A stretch of DNA of 64,000 nucleotides from Alphaproteobacteria bacterium (GCA_964291415.2 OZ219917.1:96001-160000), one strand, 5' to 3'; positions 29,276 to 39,743 are shown, numbered from the stretch's first letter. Notes: generated from the letters alone by a model not told the origin. Program-made: numbers and translations.

Positions 29276-31327
29276 ATGTCCTATCGCGTCGGAGTCGATA
29301 TCGGTGGCACGTTCACCGATTTCTTCGTGTTCGACGAGACCACCCTGGAGACACAGGCCCTGAAGGTGCCGTCGCGCCCCGACAGGCCGGGCGCCGAGGT
29401 GCTCGAGGGTCTGCGTCAGCTTGAAGCCCGCTTCGGCATCGCCCCCGGCGAGATCATCCATTTCAGCCATGGCACCACCGTGGGCGTGAACACCGTAATT
29501 CAGCGCAAGGGCATCAGGCTCTGCCATTTCACGACCGAAGGGTTCACCGACGTGCTCGAGGTGGCCCGGCTGAGAACGCCGGACGTCTACAACCTGCTCT
29601 CGAAACGTCCTGCTCCTCTCATCCCGAGGGAGCGCGTCTTCCCGGTCGCGGGGCGCCTGGCGAGCGACGGCAGCGAACTCCAGCCGGTCGACAGGACCAG
29701 CGTCGAGGCCGCCGTCGCAAAGGCGCGCGAGGCGCGCGCCGAAGGCATCGTCGTGGCGCTCCTGAATGCCTACCGCAATCCGGCCCACGAGCATGAGGTG
29801 GCTGCCCTGGTGCGCGTGATGGCGCCGGAACTTCCCGTGTTCTGCTCTGCCGACGTCTGGTCGATCATCCGCGAGTACGAGCGCACGATCACCGCCGTCA
29901 TCCACGCCTACGTGCAACCGCGCGTCAGCCGCTACCTGGGCTCGCTGCAGGATGCGCTGCGCGAGGCGGGCGTCCCGGCCGAGCCGCTTGTCACGAAGTC
30001 CAACGGCGGGGTGATGAGCGCCGAGATGGGCAAGACCGCCTGCGCCCAGATGATCATGTCGGGCACCGCCTCGGGCGTGATCGGCGCGAGCCATGTCGCC
30101 GTGCTCTCCGGGTGCCGCAATGCCATCAGCTTCGATGTCGGCGGCACCAGCGCCGATGTCGCATTCATCGCCGACGGCCACCCGCAGTACGGTATCGGAG
30201 AGATGATCGGCGAGTTCCCGATCTACATCCCGACGGTGTCGGTCACCTCGATCGGCGCTGGTGGTGGATCGATCGCCCGCATCGACGATGCCGGTGTGCT
30301 CAACGTGGGACCCGAAAGCGCCGGCGCGGTGCCGGGCCCGGCCTGCTACGGCACGGGCGGCGACGAGCCGACGCTGACCGACGCCTTCGCCGTTCTGGGT
30401 TACATTGGCCGGACCGGCCTCGGCTACGACACGGTCCCGGTGAAGACCCGCGCCGCCCGCCGCGCCATGGGCGCGCTCGCCGGGCGCATGGAGCGCAGCG
30501 TCGAGGAGACGGCGGAGGCCATCGTCCAGGTGGCGGTGTCCGGCATGTACCTGGAGGTCTCGAAGCTCGTGTCGTCCCGGGGCATCGATCCGCGCGACAA
30601 CGCCCTCGTCGCCTTTGGCGGCGCGGGCCCCATGATCGCCTGCTTCCTGGCTCGCGAGCTGAACATGTCGACCGTCGTGATTCCGACGGCACCCGGTGTC
30701 CTGAGCGCCATGGGCGGCCTGATCGCCGATCTCAAGAACGACTTCGTCCGGACGATCTACGCCGATCTCGACGCCGGGACGGCGCCCGCGATCCGGGATG
30801 GCTTCGAATCCCTGCGGAACCTGGGCGAGCGATGGCTGCGCCAGGAGCAGCGCTACGACGGACCCGCCGCCTACATCCACTCGGCGGACATGCGCTACAA
30901 GGGACAGTCCTTCGAGATCGAGGCGGTCCTCGACCCGGACGCCATCGAAAAGGGCGATGTCGCGGCACTCGGGGAGGCATTCCACGCCGCCCACGAGCAG
31001 CTCTACGCCCATGCGGACAGGGCGGCGCCGGTCCAGATCGTCAACCTGCGTCTGGTCGCGCTGGGCCAGACCCCGAAGCCTCGCTTCGAGTCCGCCGACG
31101 GGATGCCGGCCGCCGCGCAGCCGGAGGACAGCATCCCGATCCACGCGCAAGGCCGGACCGTCCGGGCCGCGCTGTTCCGGCGCGAAGCCTTGCAGCCCGG
31201 TCACACGTTCAGCGGCCCGGCCGTCGTCCTGCAGAACGACACCACCGTCTGCGTGACGGAGGACTTTCAGGCCCGTGTCGACGGCTACGGCCAGCTGATC
31301 CTGACCCGGGGAGAGGGAACCCGATGA
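29276..31327 (+). CDS. Hydantoinase A/oxoprolinase-family subunit
   Basis: GVDIGGTFTD, HGTTVGVN, REYERT, FDVGGTSAD, IGAGGGSIA, GPESAGAVPGPACYG, DMRYKGQSFE. Confidence 0.93.
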   Translation: MSYRVGVDIGGTFTDFFVFDETTLETQALKVPSRPDRPGAEVLEGLRQLEARFGIAPGEIIHFSHGTTVGVNTVIQRKGIRLCHFTTEGFTDVLEVARLRTPDVYNLLSKRPAPLIPRERVFPVAGRLASDGSELQPVDRTSVEAAVAKAREARAEGIVVALLNAYRNPAHEHEVAALVRVMAPELPVFCSADVWSIIREYERTITAVIHAYVQPRVSRYLGSLQDALREAGVPAEPLVTKSNGGVMSAEMGKTACAQMIMSGTASGVIGASHVAVLSGCRNAISFDVGGTSADVAFIADGHPQYGIGEMIGEFPIYIPTVSVTSIGAGGGSIARIDDAGVLNVGPESAGAVPGPACYGTGGDEPTLTDAFAVLGYIGRTGLGYDTVPVKTRAARRAMGALAGRMERSVEETAEAIVQVAVSGMYLEVSKLVSSRGIDPRDNALVAFGGAGPMIACFLARELNMSTVVIPTAPGVLSAMGGLIADLKNDFVRTIYADLDAGTAPAIRDGFESLRNLGERWLRQEQRYDGPAAYIHSADMRYKGQSFEIEAVLDPDAIEKGDVAALGEAFHAAHEQLYAHADRAAPVQIVNLRLVALGQTPKPRFESADGMPAAAQPEDSIPIHAQGRTVRAALFRREALQPGHTFSGPAVVLQNDTTVCVTEDFQARVDGYGQLILTRGEGTR

Positions 31328-33342
31328 CGATCGACAAGGTGACCCTGCAGATCCTCTCCAATCACTGCCAGGCGGCGGCCGAGGCCATGGCGCGCACGCT
31401 GATGCGCACGGCCCATTCGACCTTCGTGAAGGAAAGCGAGGACTTCACCTGCGGCCTCGTGACGCCTGGAGGCAAGACCTTCGCCTCGCCCTTCGACTTC
31501 GGGGCCACATGGTTCGTCGGTCTCGACTACGCGCGCGGCCTCGGCCTCATCGATGCTTATGACGAGGGCGATGTCGTCATCTGCAACGACCCCTACAGCG
31601 GGTTCGTCTGCACCCACACGCCCGACATGCATATCTGGAAACCCATCTTTCACGACGGCGAGGTGGTCTGTTTCGCCGTCGGCCACGTGCACAACACCGA
31701 CATCGGCGGCGCCGTGCCGGCGAGCCTGTCGCGCCAGCTCACGGAGGTGCACCAGGAGGGCCTGCGGCTGCCGCCGACCAGGCTCTGCCGCAAGGGCGAG
31801 CTGAACCGGGAACTGGTCGACATCATCATGGCGAACGTGCGCATGCCCGAGCAGAACTGGGGCGACATGAAGGCGCAGCTGGCATCGGTCAACATCGCGG
31901 AAGCGAGAGTGAGGGAGATCATCGCCCGCTTCGGCGCCGACACCTTCAGGGAAGGCGTCGAGGATCTGCTCAATCTCGCCGAGACCCAGGCGCGGCGGGT
32001 CATCGGCTCGATTCCGGACGGGGAGTACTTCTTCGCCGACTTCATGGACGAGGATTCGCCGGATGGCTATCCGGCCCGCGTCGCCCTCAATCTGATCGTG
32101 AAGGGCGACGAGATCGTCTTCGACTACACCGGCTCCGACCCCCAGCTGGCCTCCTCGATCAACGTTCCCACCGGTGGCGACGAACGCCACGTGCTGCTGA
32201 TGGTCGGAGCGGTCTACGTGCTCTACACGCTCGACCCATCCATCCTCCGAAACCACGGTTTGCTCCGGCCGCTGCGCTGCATCCTGCCGGAAGGCTCCTT
32301 CGTGAACCCCCGGTTCCCGGCCGCCGTCGGCATGAGAAGCCTCGGCGTGGGGCGCCTCATGTCGACCATCTTCGGCGCCTTCGCCCAGGCCCTGCCCGAC
32401 CTGCTCCAGGGCGGTCCGGGAAGCGGCGGGCCCTTGCTCAACGTGCGCACCACCGACAACCGTTCAGGTAGAAGCGTGATGGCGAACATCAGCCCGATCA
32501 CCGCCGGCGCCGGTGCGAGCGCGGCCGGCGACGGGTCGGAAGGCTGCGGCGCCAATCAGGCGTTCTTCAAGAACACGCCCGCCGAGATCAACGAGGCCGA
32601 CGTGCCGATCCGCATCCTGGAATACGGCCTCGCTCCCGACTCGGCGGGCGCTGGACGGCATCGCGGCGGGCTTTCGACCACCATGCTGTTCCAGGTGTTC
32701 GCGCCCAACACCGTGCTCACGGCGCGCAACCGCGACCGCATGGTCTTCACGCCGTGGGGAATTGCGGGCGGCGCGGCAGGCAAGTCGTCCCGGTTCACCC
32801 GCAACCCCGGCACGACCGGAGAGGTCGACCTCGGCAATACTGATGTCGTGACGGTCGAACCCGGCGACATCATCCGCATCACGGCCGCCGGAGGCGGCGG
32901 ATGGGGTCCGCCCCGCGAACGCGATCCCCGGGCCGTCATGGCCGATGTCAGGGGTGGTTTCGTGACCGTCGAGGGCGCCGCGCGCGACTACGGCGTGGTG
33001 ATTCGCGACGGCATGATCGATGAGGACGCCACCGCCGAGCGCCGCCGTGCCATGGCGGCGGCCGCCGGCAACGAGTTCTTCGGCCACAGTCCGGGCCGCG
33101 TCACCTTCGAGAAGGTCTGGACCCGCCAGCTCTACGACCGCCTCACGGATCTCCTGTGGAGCGTCCCGGTCAACTGGCGTTTCTTCGTCAAGCATCGCCT
33201 GTTCGCCGCTGTCGAGGCGCTCGACACCGACGACGTCGATCCCGCTACGCTCGACGACGCGCTGGCCGCCCTCATCGAAGAGCATCCGCAACTGCGCGAA
33301 TGGGGGGGCTGCCCGGACGTAAGCGGCGCCGTCGAGGTCTGA
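31324..33342 (+). CDS. Hydantoinase B/oxoprolinase-family subunit
   Basis: RTAHSTFVKESEDF, NDPYSG..HTPD, HNTDIGG, DSAGAGRHRGG, GGGGWGPP. Confidence 0.93.
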   Translation: MTIDKVTLQILSNHCQAAAEAMARTLMRTAHSTFVKESEDFTCGLVTPGGKTFASPFDFGATWFVGLDYARGLGLIDAYDEGDVVICNDPYSGFVCTHTPDMHIWKPIFHDGEVVCFAVGHVHNTDIGGAVPASLSRQLTEVHQEGLRLPPTRLCRKGELNRELVDIIMANVRMPEQNWGDMKAQLASVNIAEARVREIIARFGADTFREGVEDLLNLAETQARRVIGSIPDGEYFFADFMDEDSPDGYPARVALNLIVKGDEIVFDYTGSDPQLASSINVPTGGDERHVLLMVGAVYVLYTLDPSILRNHGLLRPLRCILPEGSFVNPRFPAAVGMRSLGVGRLMSTIFGAFAQALPDLLQGGPGSGGPLLNVRTTDNRSGRSVMANISPITAGAGASAAGDGSEGCGANQAFFKNTPAEINEADVPIRILEYGLAPDSAGAGRHRGGLSTTMLFQVFAPNTVLTARNRDRMVFTPWGIAGGAAGKSSRFTRNPGTTGEVDLGNTDVVTVEPGDIIRITAAGGGGWGPPRERDPRAVMADVRGGFVTVEGAARDYGVVIRDGMIDEDATAERRRAMAAAAGNEFFGHSPGRVTFEKVWTRQLYDRLTDLLWSVPVNWRFFVKHRLFAAVEALDTDDVDPATLDDALAALIEEHPQLREWGGCPDVSGAVEV

Positions 33343-33477
33343 ATCCCTCGCAGTTCCGTCCCGGACCCTTCCGGTTCACCACCTGAATCGTCATGCGGCC
33401 GGTCGGTTGACCGTCCAAAGTGCCTTGCCTACCTTCCCATCGGAAGGCATGCCAATGCCGAGGGGGGTGGCAGACCG

Positions 33478-34662
33478 GTGCGGTTCGACGGCAACGTCTA
33501 CTATCACGAACTCGAGGTGTACCCCGAGGACAAGCTGTTCGACGAGTGGCGTGAAACCGCCATGATGCTCGACCAGGGCGGATTCACGACCTGCTGGCTG
33601 GGCGAGCACCACTTCTGGCACCGGGGCTATCCGGTCGCCTGCCCCAATCCCGTCCTCGTGGGCCTTCATCTGGCAAGCGTGACCAAGAACCTGCGCATGG
33701 GCCAGAGCGCGTGCATCCTGCCCGATCATCATCCCCTGCGCCTGGCCGAGGACATCGCAACCGCCGATCATCTCGTGAAGGGACGACTGGACATCGGCAT
33801 CGCCCGCGGAACCAACAGTTCGGCGGGGATCCAGTTCAAGCGCGAGGCCGACCGGCGCGACCCCAAGACGAACTACCGCCTGTTCGCCGAGGTCCTCGAC
33901 ATCATGATCAAGTGCTGGACCGAGGACGCCATGAGGCACGAAGGCGAGTTCTACACCTTCCCCGTGCCCGGCTGGTCCGAGCAGGACGAACGCTTCTACA
34001 AGGACGATCCCGACCACTACCACCCGGACGGCAGCCTGAGGGCGCTGGGCGTGACGCCCAAGCCCTACCAGAAGCCCTACCCGCCGATCTGGCAGTCAGC
34101 GGACAACACCATGTCCTACGCCTTTGCGGCGGAACGCGGCCATTCGGTGATCGGCATCAACCGGTCGTTCGAGGGCACGCGCGAGGCGTGGGCGAAGTAC
34201 CGGGAGGTGGCGTCGGAGCAGTGCGGCCGCCGGCTCGAGATGGGCGTGTGCGCCAACGGCCAGACCCTGAACCTCATGCGCACCTTCCATATCGCCGAGA
34301 CCCAGGAAGAGGCCGAGCGGGAGGCGCGCGCCGGCATCAACGCCTTCTACGACGCCGCGACCGGCCTCAACCCCAACTGGGCGCGCAAGGGTCTCCTGGC
34401 GAAGCACGAATCGCTCTCAGACGAGGACGAGAACCTCGACTGGTTCGACTTCCTGCAGAAGTACGAAGTGCTGGCGGTGGGCTCGCCTGATTTCGTCGCC
34501 GAGCGCATCCACAAGTTCCGCGAGGAACTCAACTGCCGGCACTTCACCCTGTGGCCGAATCCCGGCTTCGTGCCCTTCCACAAGGTGCTGCGCGGCATCG
34601 AGCTCTTCGCCGAACGGGTCATTCCGCAGTTCGAGCGGACCGAGGCCGAGGCCGCCGAGTAG
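33478..34662 (+). CDS. Luciferase-like (LLM) flavin-dependent monooxygenase
   Basis: WLGEHHF, HPLRLAEDIATADHL.KGRLDIGIARG, PKPYQKPYPP, LFAERVIP. Confidence 0.9.
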   Translation: MRFDGNVYYHELEVYPEDKLFDEWRETAMMLDQGGFTTCWLGEHHFWHRGYPVACPNPVLVGLHLASVTKNLRMGQSACILPDHHPLRLAEDIATADHLVKGRLDIGIARGTNSSAGIQFKREADRRDPKTNYRLFAEVLDIMIKCWTEDAMRHEGEFYTFPVPGWSEQDERFYKDDPDHYHPDGSLRALGVTPKPYQKPYPPIWQSADNTMSYAFAAERGHSVIGINRSFEGTREAWAKYREVASEQCGRRLEMGVCANGQTLNLMRTFHIAETQEEAEREARAGINAFYDAATGLNPNWARKGLLAKHESLSDEDENLDWFDFLQKYEVLAVGSPDFVAERIHKFREELNCRHFTLWPNPGFVPFHKVLRGIELFAERVIPQFERTEAEAAE

Positions 34663-34671
34663 CGGTTCACG

Positions 34672-35436
34672 ATGGACGTCGAGACAATGCCCACTTCCGC
34701 GACCTGCAGCGAAGAGGAACAGGCGCTTCGGCAGGATACCGCTGCGGCCTTCCGCCTGCTCGACAGGTACGGCATGTCGGATCTCACCAACGGCTCCGTG
34801 GTGTCGCGTCTGCCGGGCGAGGAGGGCTGGTTCCTGACCCATCCCCACGGCCTCTTCTTCGACGAGATCAGGGCCTCGGACCTGATCCGCGTCGACATGG
34901 ACGGTGAAGCGATCGACGATCCCGGAACGCCGACCAACTTTGCGGTGTGCCGGCCAGCGGCCTCGATCTTCCGGGCACGGCCCGACGTCAACGCCATCAT
35001 CCATGCCCACGGCATGGGCGTGATGGCGGTCGCCGCCCAGGAGCACGGCCTGCTGCCCTGCCTGACAGAGGCGGCGATCCCGTTCTACGAGCAGCTCGGC
35101 TACATCGAGGGCGACTTCTTTTTCGAACCCGAGTACTGCGTCCAGATCGCGCAGTGCCTGGGTCGCAACAGGGCTCTCATCTACCGGCACCATGCCTTCG
35201 CCAGCGTCGGCGCTCGAGTGGCGGAAGCCTTCTTCTACGCCTTCTCGCTCAACGTCGCCTGCGAGCTGCAGATGAAGATCACCTCGTCCGCCGAACCCTA
35301 TGTCGTTCCCTCCAGGGAGACCTGCGAGCGGCACTATCGCGCCGCCTATGGCGGCGACTGGAAGGCCGACGGATCGGTGGAGTGGCCAGGACTGCGGCGC
35401 ATGCTCGATCGCGACGATCCCTCCTACGCCCGGTAG
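34672..35436 (+). CDS. Class II aldolase/adducin-family protein
   Basis: FL..PHGLFFDEIRASDLIRVD, ARPDVNAIIHAH, EWPGLRRMLDR.DPSY. Confidence 0.88.
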   Translation: MDVETMPTSATCSEEEQALRQDTAAAFRLLDRYGMSDLTNGSVVSRLPGEEGWFLTHPHGLFFDEIRASDLIRVDMDGEAIDDPGTPTNFAVCRPAASIFRARPDVNAIIHAHGMGVMAVAAQEHGLLPCLTEAAIPFYEQLGYIEGDFFFEPEYCVQIAQCLGRNRALIYRHHAFASVGARVAEAFFYAFSLNVACELQMKITSSAEPYVVPSRETCERHYRAAYGGDWKADGSVEWPGLRRMLDRDDPSYAR

Positions 35437-35581
35437 GGCCGATCGCGGTTTCGCGTCAGGCGACCGCGCAGCGCTGCAGCATCGTATCGAACCGGCCGCT
35501 CGCTTCCGGCGGAGCCCCACCTTGTGAGAGTCTCGTGCGCTGGCCGGATAGCCACGTTTGCGCGTTCCTTTCCGTCTCGAG
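35426..35581. repeat. 156-bp direct repeat, copy 1 (copy 2 at 37706-37861): aldolase stop plus 3' end of the Bfr-like gene
   Basis: Colinear at offset 2280 with scattered substitutions. Confidence 0.93.
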
Positions 35582-35587
35582 GAAATG

Positions 35588-35723
35588 GGAAGTCAACTGT
35601 CAGCACTTCACCCTGTAGCCACCCCCTTTCGTGCCCTTCAGGAAGGTGTTGCGCGGCATCGAGTCTTTTGCCGTACGGGTCATTCCGCAGTTCGAGAGGA
35701 CCGAGGCGCAGACCGCCGAGTAA
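35588..35723 (+). pseudogene. Degenerate copy of the LLM gene 3' end (34524-34662)
   Basis: TCAACTG..GCACTTCACCCTGT...GCGCGGCATCGAG...CGGGTCATTCCGCAGTTCGAG.GGACCGAGGC shared. Confidence 0.88.
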
Positions 35724-35907
35724 GGGCACGCCGCGCCGGAGCAATTCCGGACTGGTCGATGCCGTCGCACGGAACCGAGGCGTTTCCAGCTATTCCTGAC
35801 GCCTCGAAAGAACGCGGCCTCCCCGATGGCGGGGTCGCCAGGGTAGCAGCGGGAAACCGGCTGCGATTGGTCTCAACGTCGTTTGGGCTTCGGGCCTGAC
35901 CTCAACG

Positions 35908-36105
35908 GCACGATTTGCGACAGACCGCGCCTACCGCCGTTATGACTCTGCTGATCCCGCCAGCCGGCTGGTGAGGGCGGAGTCGGAGACCCGCTGAAAC
36001 GCCAGACTCACCGGCGTTGCCGAGGTCGAGGCAATGATCGCGGAGTGCGATGCGATCACGCCGCCATGCTGGAAGTCGTCGGCTGCCACCTTCGCGACCT
36101 TCGGT
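35908..36105 (+). pseudogene. Fragment of a second large serine recombinase
   Basis: ARFATDRAYRRYDSADPASRLVRAESETR*N parallels ARYEAEKAERRYRAVEPEHRLVARGLEREWE in the 19960 recombinase. Confidence 0.7.
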
Positions 36106-36241
36106 TGCAATGCCGGTTTGCAGGCCAAACGCCTTGACCTCTAGGGAGTTTATGGCAAGAGAGCATAAACTGACAGGCTGGCCAGGTGCCGGCCCGCAAC
36201 GGTTTATGCCGGTTGCGGATAAACTATGTGGAAGCGGCTGA

Positions 36242-37414
36242 ATGGACCCACGTTTCAATCCCTACGCGCCCGGCGCGGGAACGCCGCCGCCCGAACTGGC
36301 AGGGCGAGATGCCGTCCTCGCCGACGCCCGTCTTGCGATACAGCGCAACAGGTCGGGCCGATCAGCCCGCAGCTTTATGTTTGTGGGTTTGCGCGGTGTG
36401 GGCAAGACAGTCCTGCTGAACGAAGTTCAGGCCATGGCCGAGGAAGAAGGGGCGCTGACCGATTTCATTGAGGTTGCCCGCAAGGAGCCGCTTTCGAAAT
36501 CGATCATTGCAACTCTCCGATCGATTCTGCTTAAGCTCGACCGGATCAAGGGCGTGAGCGAGCACGTCAAGAAAGGCCTGCGGGTTCTCAAGAGTTTCGT
36601 CGGCGCGGTGTCGGTGAGGGTGGAGGGCGTCGAATTCGCGGTGGACATCGATGGAGAGCCAGGCATTGCCGACAGTGGGACGCTGAGCCGTGACCTCGCC
36701 GAGGTCTTCGTGGCCGCCGGCGAGGCCGCCAGAGCCCGCAATACCTCGATCGTGATTCTGATCGACGAAATCCAGAGTCTGCCGCGCGAGGAATTCGAGG
36801 CGCTCATCATGGCCGTGCACCGCACGGACCAGAAACGGCTTCCCCTACTTGTCGTCGGGGCGGGTCTGCCACTGCTGGTCAGGCTTTCCGGCAACGCGAA
36901 AACCTACGCGGAACGTCTCTTCGAATATCCGGATATCGGGGCGCTGGATCCCGTCGAGGCAACGCGGGCCCTGGTGAAACCCGCCGCACAGGCGAATGTC
37001 ACATTCGACGACGAGGCGATCGCTGCGGTCGTCCGCGAGACCCAAGGCTATCCCTACTTCCTCCAAGAGTGGGGATACCAGACCTGGAACGCGGCACCAG
37101 TATCGCCGATCATGAAGGAAGATGTGGCAAGATCGAGTGAAGCCGCGATCCAACGCCTAGATCAGAATTTCTTCAGGTCGCGATACGAGCGGTTGTCGGA
37201 ACCGCAGAAGGCCTACCTAGACGCGATGGCACGATGCGGTTCGGGTCCCCATCGGACGGGAGACATTGCCAAGGCTATAGGGAAGTCGTCGCGGCAGATG
37301 GGTCCGACGCGGGAGGCGCTGATCGCTGGCGGCATGATCTACAGCCCGCGATACGGGTATGCCGCGTTCACCGTGCCTCTATTCGATGCCTTCATGAAAC
37401 GGATCCATGGATAG
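36242..37414 (+). CDS. AAA_16-type ATPase with C-terminal winged helix
   Basis: NPYAPGAGTPPPELAGRD, GLRGVGKT, ILIDEIQ, TQGYPYFLQ, FTVPLF. Confidence 0.88.
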   Translation: MDPRFNPYAPGAGTPPPELAGRDAVLADARLAIQRNRSGRSARSFMFVGLRGVGKTVLLNEVQAMAEEEGALTDFIEVARKEPLSKSIIATLRSILLKLDRIKGVSEHVKKGLRVLKSFVGAVSVRVEGVEFAVDIDGEPGIADSGTLSRDLAEVFVAAGEAARARNTSIVILIDEIQSLPREEFEALIMAVHRTDQKRLPLLVVGAGLPLLVRLSGNAKTYAERLFEYPDIGALDPVEATRALVKPAAQANVTFDDEAIAAVVRETQGYPYFLQEWGYQTWNAAPVSPIMKEDVARSSEAAIQRLDQNFFRSRYERLSEPQKAYLDAMARCGSGPHRTGDIAKAIGKSSRQMGPTREALIAGGMIYSPRYGYAAFTVPLFDAFMKRIHG

Positions 37415-37483
37415 GCGCAGCTTCCGTTCAAAGGCGAACTCCTCGAAGGCTGGCTTGGCATCCCAGTCTTGCGTCCCGAGGTC

Positions 37484-37705
37484 TTCATGGACGAAACACC
37501 CGCAGCTGATCGGCGAGACACGCCAGCCGGTCACCTTGGCGCCGGCACAGCCGGTGCATGAAGACGAGACTCTACGCCACCAGGTCACCGCATGGCGACC
37601 TCACGCGACCGCATCCAGGACAAGGTGAACCGGCAGTTCACCACCGTCGATGCTCGCGTCAAGCTCAAACGCCTTTACCCGACACTTGACCATTGACAGG
37701 ACACC
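37484..37705 (+). mobile_element. Internally deleted IS630-family remnant
   Basis: MDE...QLIGETRQP and QFTTVDARVKLKRLYPTL segments; right end abuts repeat copy 2 at a position that is TA in copy 1. Confidence 0.75.
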
Positions 37706-37735
37706 ACGCCCGGTAGGACCAATCGCGGATTGGCG

Positions 37736-38812
37736 TCAGGCGACCGCCCAGCGCTGCAGCATGGTATCGAACCGGCCGCTCGCTTCCGGCGGAGCCCCTC
37801 CTTCTGAGAGTCTCGTGCGCTGGCCGGATAGCCACGTTTGCGCGTTCCTTTCCTTCTCGAGCGAACGAGAGAGGATGTCGACCGCCCCGGGTTCCGACGC
37901 CTCGTGCGCCAGTGTCTTCGCATCCTCGAGAGCGGTGATGAGAGCCTCCGTGAGCTCGAGATCGTGGCCGATGGCCGCCAGCGGCCCGGAGCCGACCTTC
38001 ACGCGATGGGCGAGCCGGATGTCCGGTCTGAAGACCGGCCGCGGCTCGGCCCCCAGAAGGATGATGCGCTGCGCCACCCGGAACGCGAACGTCATCTCGT
38101 CGACGGAGTGCCCGATCCTGACCTCGCCAAGCGCGGTCTCGCCGCATTGCTCCAACATGAATCCCTGCAGGAAAAACTGCTCGATAGCGAGGAAGTGGTT
38201 GCACAGGACCGTGTTCAACACGGCAATCAGGACCTGGTCCACCGGCCGGTCCGCACTGGTTTCGCCGGCCAGGAATCTCTCGTCGGTGTCCTCCAGAGAC
38301 TCGAGGAAGTCCTCCAGCGACCTCCCCTCGGCGTTCGAAGCCGGCTCACCCGACTCCGACAGCGCGAGGTTTCTGGCCGCTTCGGCCCTTCGCTGCAATT
38401 CGGCGACGAATGCGGCGCCTTCCTCGATCAGACCGTCGAGCCCCGGCGACGTCCCGGATGCGCTCCTCGCCCGTTGGAGCGATGCCAGATTCCGGGCCAT
38501 CAGGCTCAGGTCCGACAGCCATACCTCCTTCTCCCGCACCTGGAAATCGGGCTCTCCGCGGTCGGGACTCCCGGCCGAGCCGTCCGGGTCGAGCGCCATA
38601 CCCCGGCGCTGCATCTCGCGGATGAGCTGCATGAGCCGCCGGGTCTCCGCGAGATTGTCGGCGTAGGCAAGCTCCGCGGCCGTCCTCTCCCCGTGAAACC
38701 TCAGGCAAAGCGACTGCACGAAACCCCTGTTGACCATGGTGAGCCTGTCGCCCAGGGCCAGGTTCAGGTCGACGTCGGGTCCCTCGCCCTCCATGTCTCG
38801 GCCGGCACCCAT
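37736..38812 (-). CDS. Bacterioferritin-like protein, probably two tandem ferritin-fold domains
   Basis: C-domain LNTVL.NHFLAIEQFFLQGFML...SVDEM...QRIILLG..P...HDL.L...QTWL follows the Bfr pattern; N-domain has similar helix spacing. Confidence 0.7.
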   Translation of the reverse strand: MGAGRDMEGEGPDVDLNLALGDRLTMVNRGFVQSLCLRFHGERTAAELAYADNLAETRRLMQLIREMQRRGMALDPDGSAGSPDRGEPDFQVREKEVWLSDLSLMARNLASLQRARSASGTSPGLDGLIEEGAAFVAELQRRAEAARNLALSESGEPASNAEGRSLEDFLESLEDTDERFLAGETSADRPVDQVLIAVLNTVLCNHFLAIEQFFLQGFMLEQCGETALGEVRIGHSVDEMTFAFRVAQRIILLGAEPRPVFRPDIRLAHRVKVGSGPLAAIGHDLELTEALITALEDAKTLAHEASEPGAVDILSRSLEKERNAQTWLSGQRTRLSEGGAPPEASGRFDTMLQRWAVA

Positions 38813-39743
38813 CTACAGACCCTCTGCAAGGGCGCGTATGTGTTCGACTCCCACGCCGCAGCAGCCTCCCACGATCGCGGCTCCGGCGTCGATCCAGCGT
38901 CTGGCGTCGGCGAGATACGCCTCCGGTGTCACCTGGTCGACGAACGTCCAGTTCGGCCGCGCCCAGTAACCCGCGTTGGGATAGGCGCCGACGGGACCGG
39001 AGTAGGCCGCGCGCAGGATCTTGACGGCGTCCTCGGTCACGTCGCGGACCGAGTGCATCATGAGGACGGCCGAGCCGCCGACGGACATGATGTCGCCCAC
39101 CGCGTCGCCCAGCGGGCCGTGGATCTCCACCTCATCGGGGGCTTCGCGGCTTTCCTCGATGCCGAACATGACGGCGCCGGTGTCGCGGGCGCGAACGCAG
39201 CTCAACGACACCCACACGGGCACGCCGAGATCGCTCGTCGCGTTCACCATGGCCTTGACGGTACGCGCGGTGGATCCCAGGGTCTCGAGAATCAGCAGAT
39301 CGACGCCCTCTTCGACCAGGATCTCCCCCTGGGCCCGGAAGTGACCGGACATCGTCTCGATGTCGAGACCGTCGAACCGGCCGTAGCTGCTGACCGAGCC
39401 CGCCACGACGACCGACCCTGAGCGCTGCGGACCGGTCGCGCTCCTCGCGGGCGATGCGCGCCGAGCGCCGGTTCCAGTCCTCGAAGTCATCGCCCAGTCC
39501 GCAGCGCTGCATCGCCTCCCGGGTGGCGGAGAAACTGTTGGTGGTGATGACATCCGCGCCCGCATCGATGTAGCGGCGATGGACCTGGTGAACCATGTCC
39601 GGATAGTCGGCCAGCGCCCGGGCGCACCAGACCTCCTGGTCCATGCCCGCACCCAGGCGCTCGAGCTCGGTGCCGATGGCGCCATCCAGAATCACCGGCC
39701 CTCCGTTTTGCAGCAGGGTTTCGAGTCGCTGGACCTGTGTCAT
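38813..39743 (-). CDS. Homocysteine S-methyltransferase family (BHMT/MmuM-like); +1 frameshift near 39418
   Basis: ILDGAIGTEL, AGADVITTNSF, VAGSVS, GVDLLILET, GAYPNAG, IVGGCCG. Confidence 0.88.
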
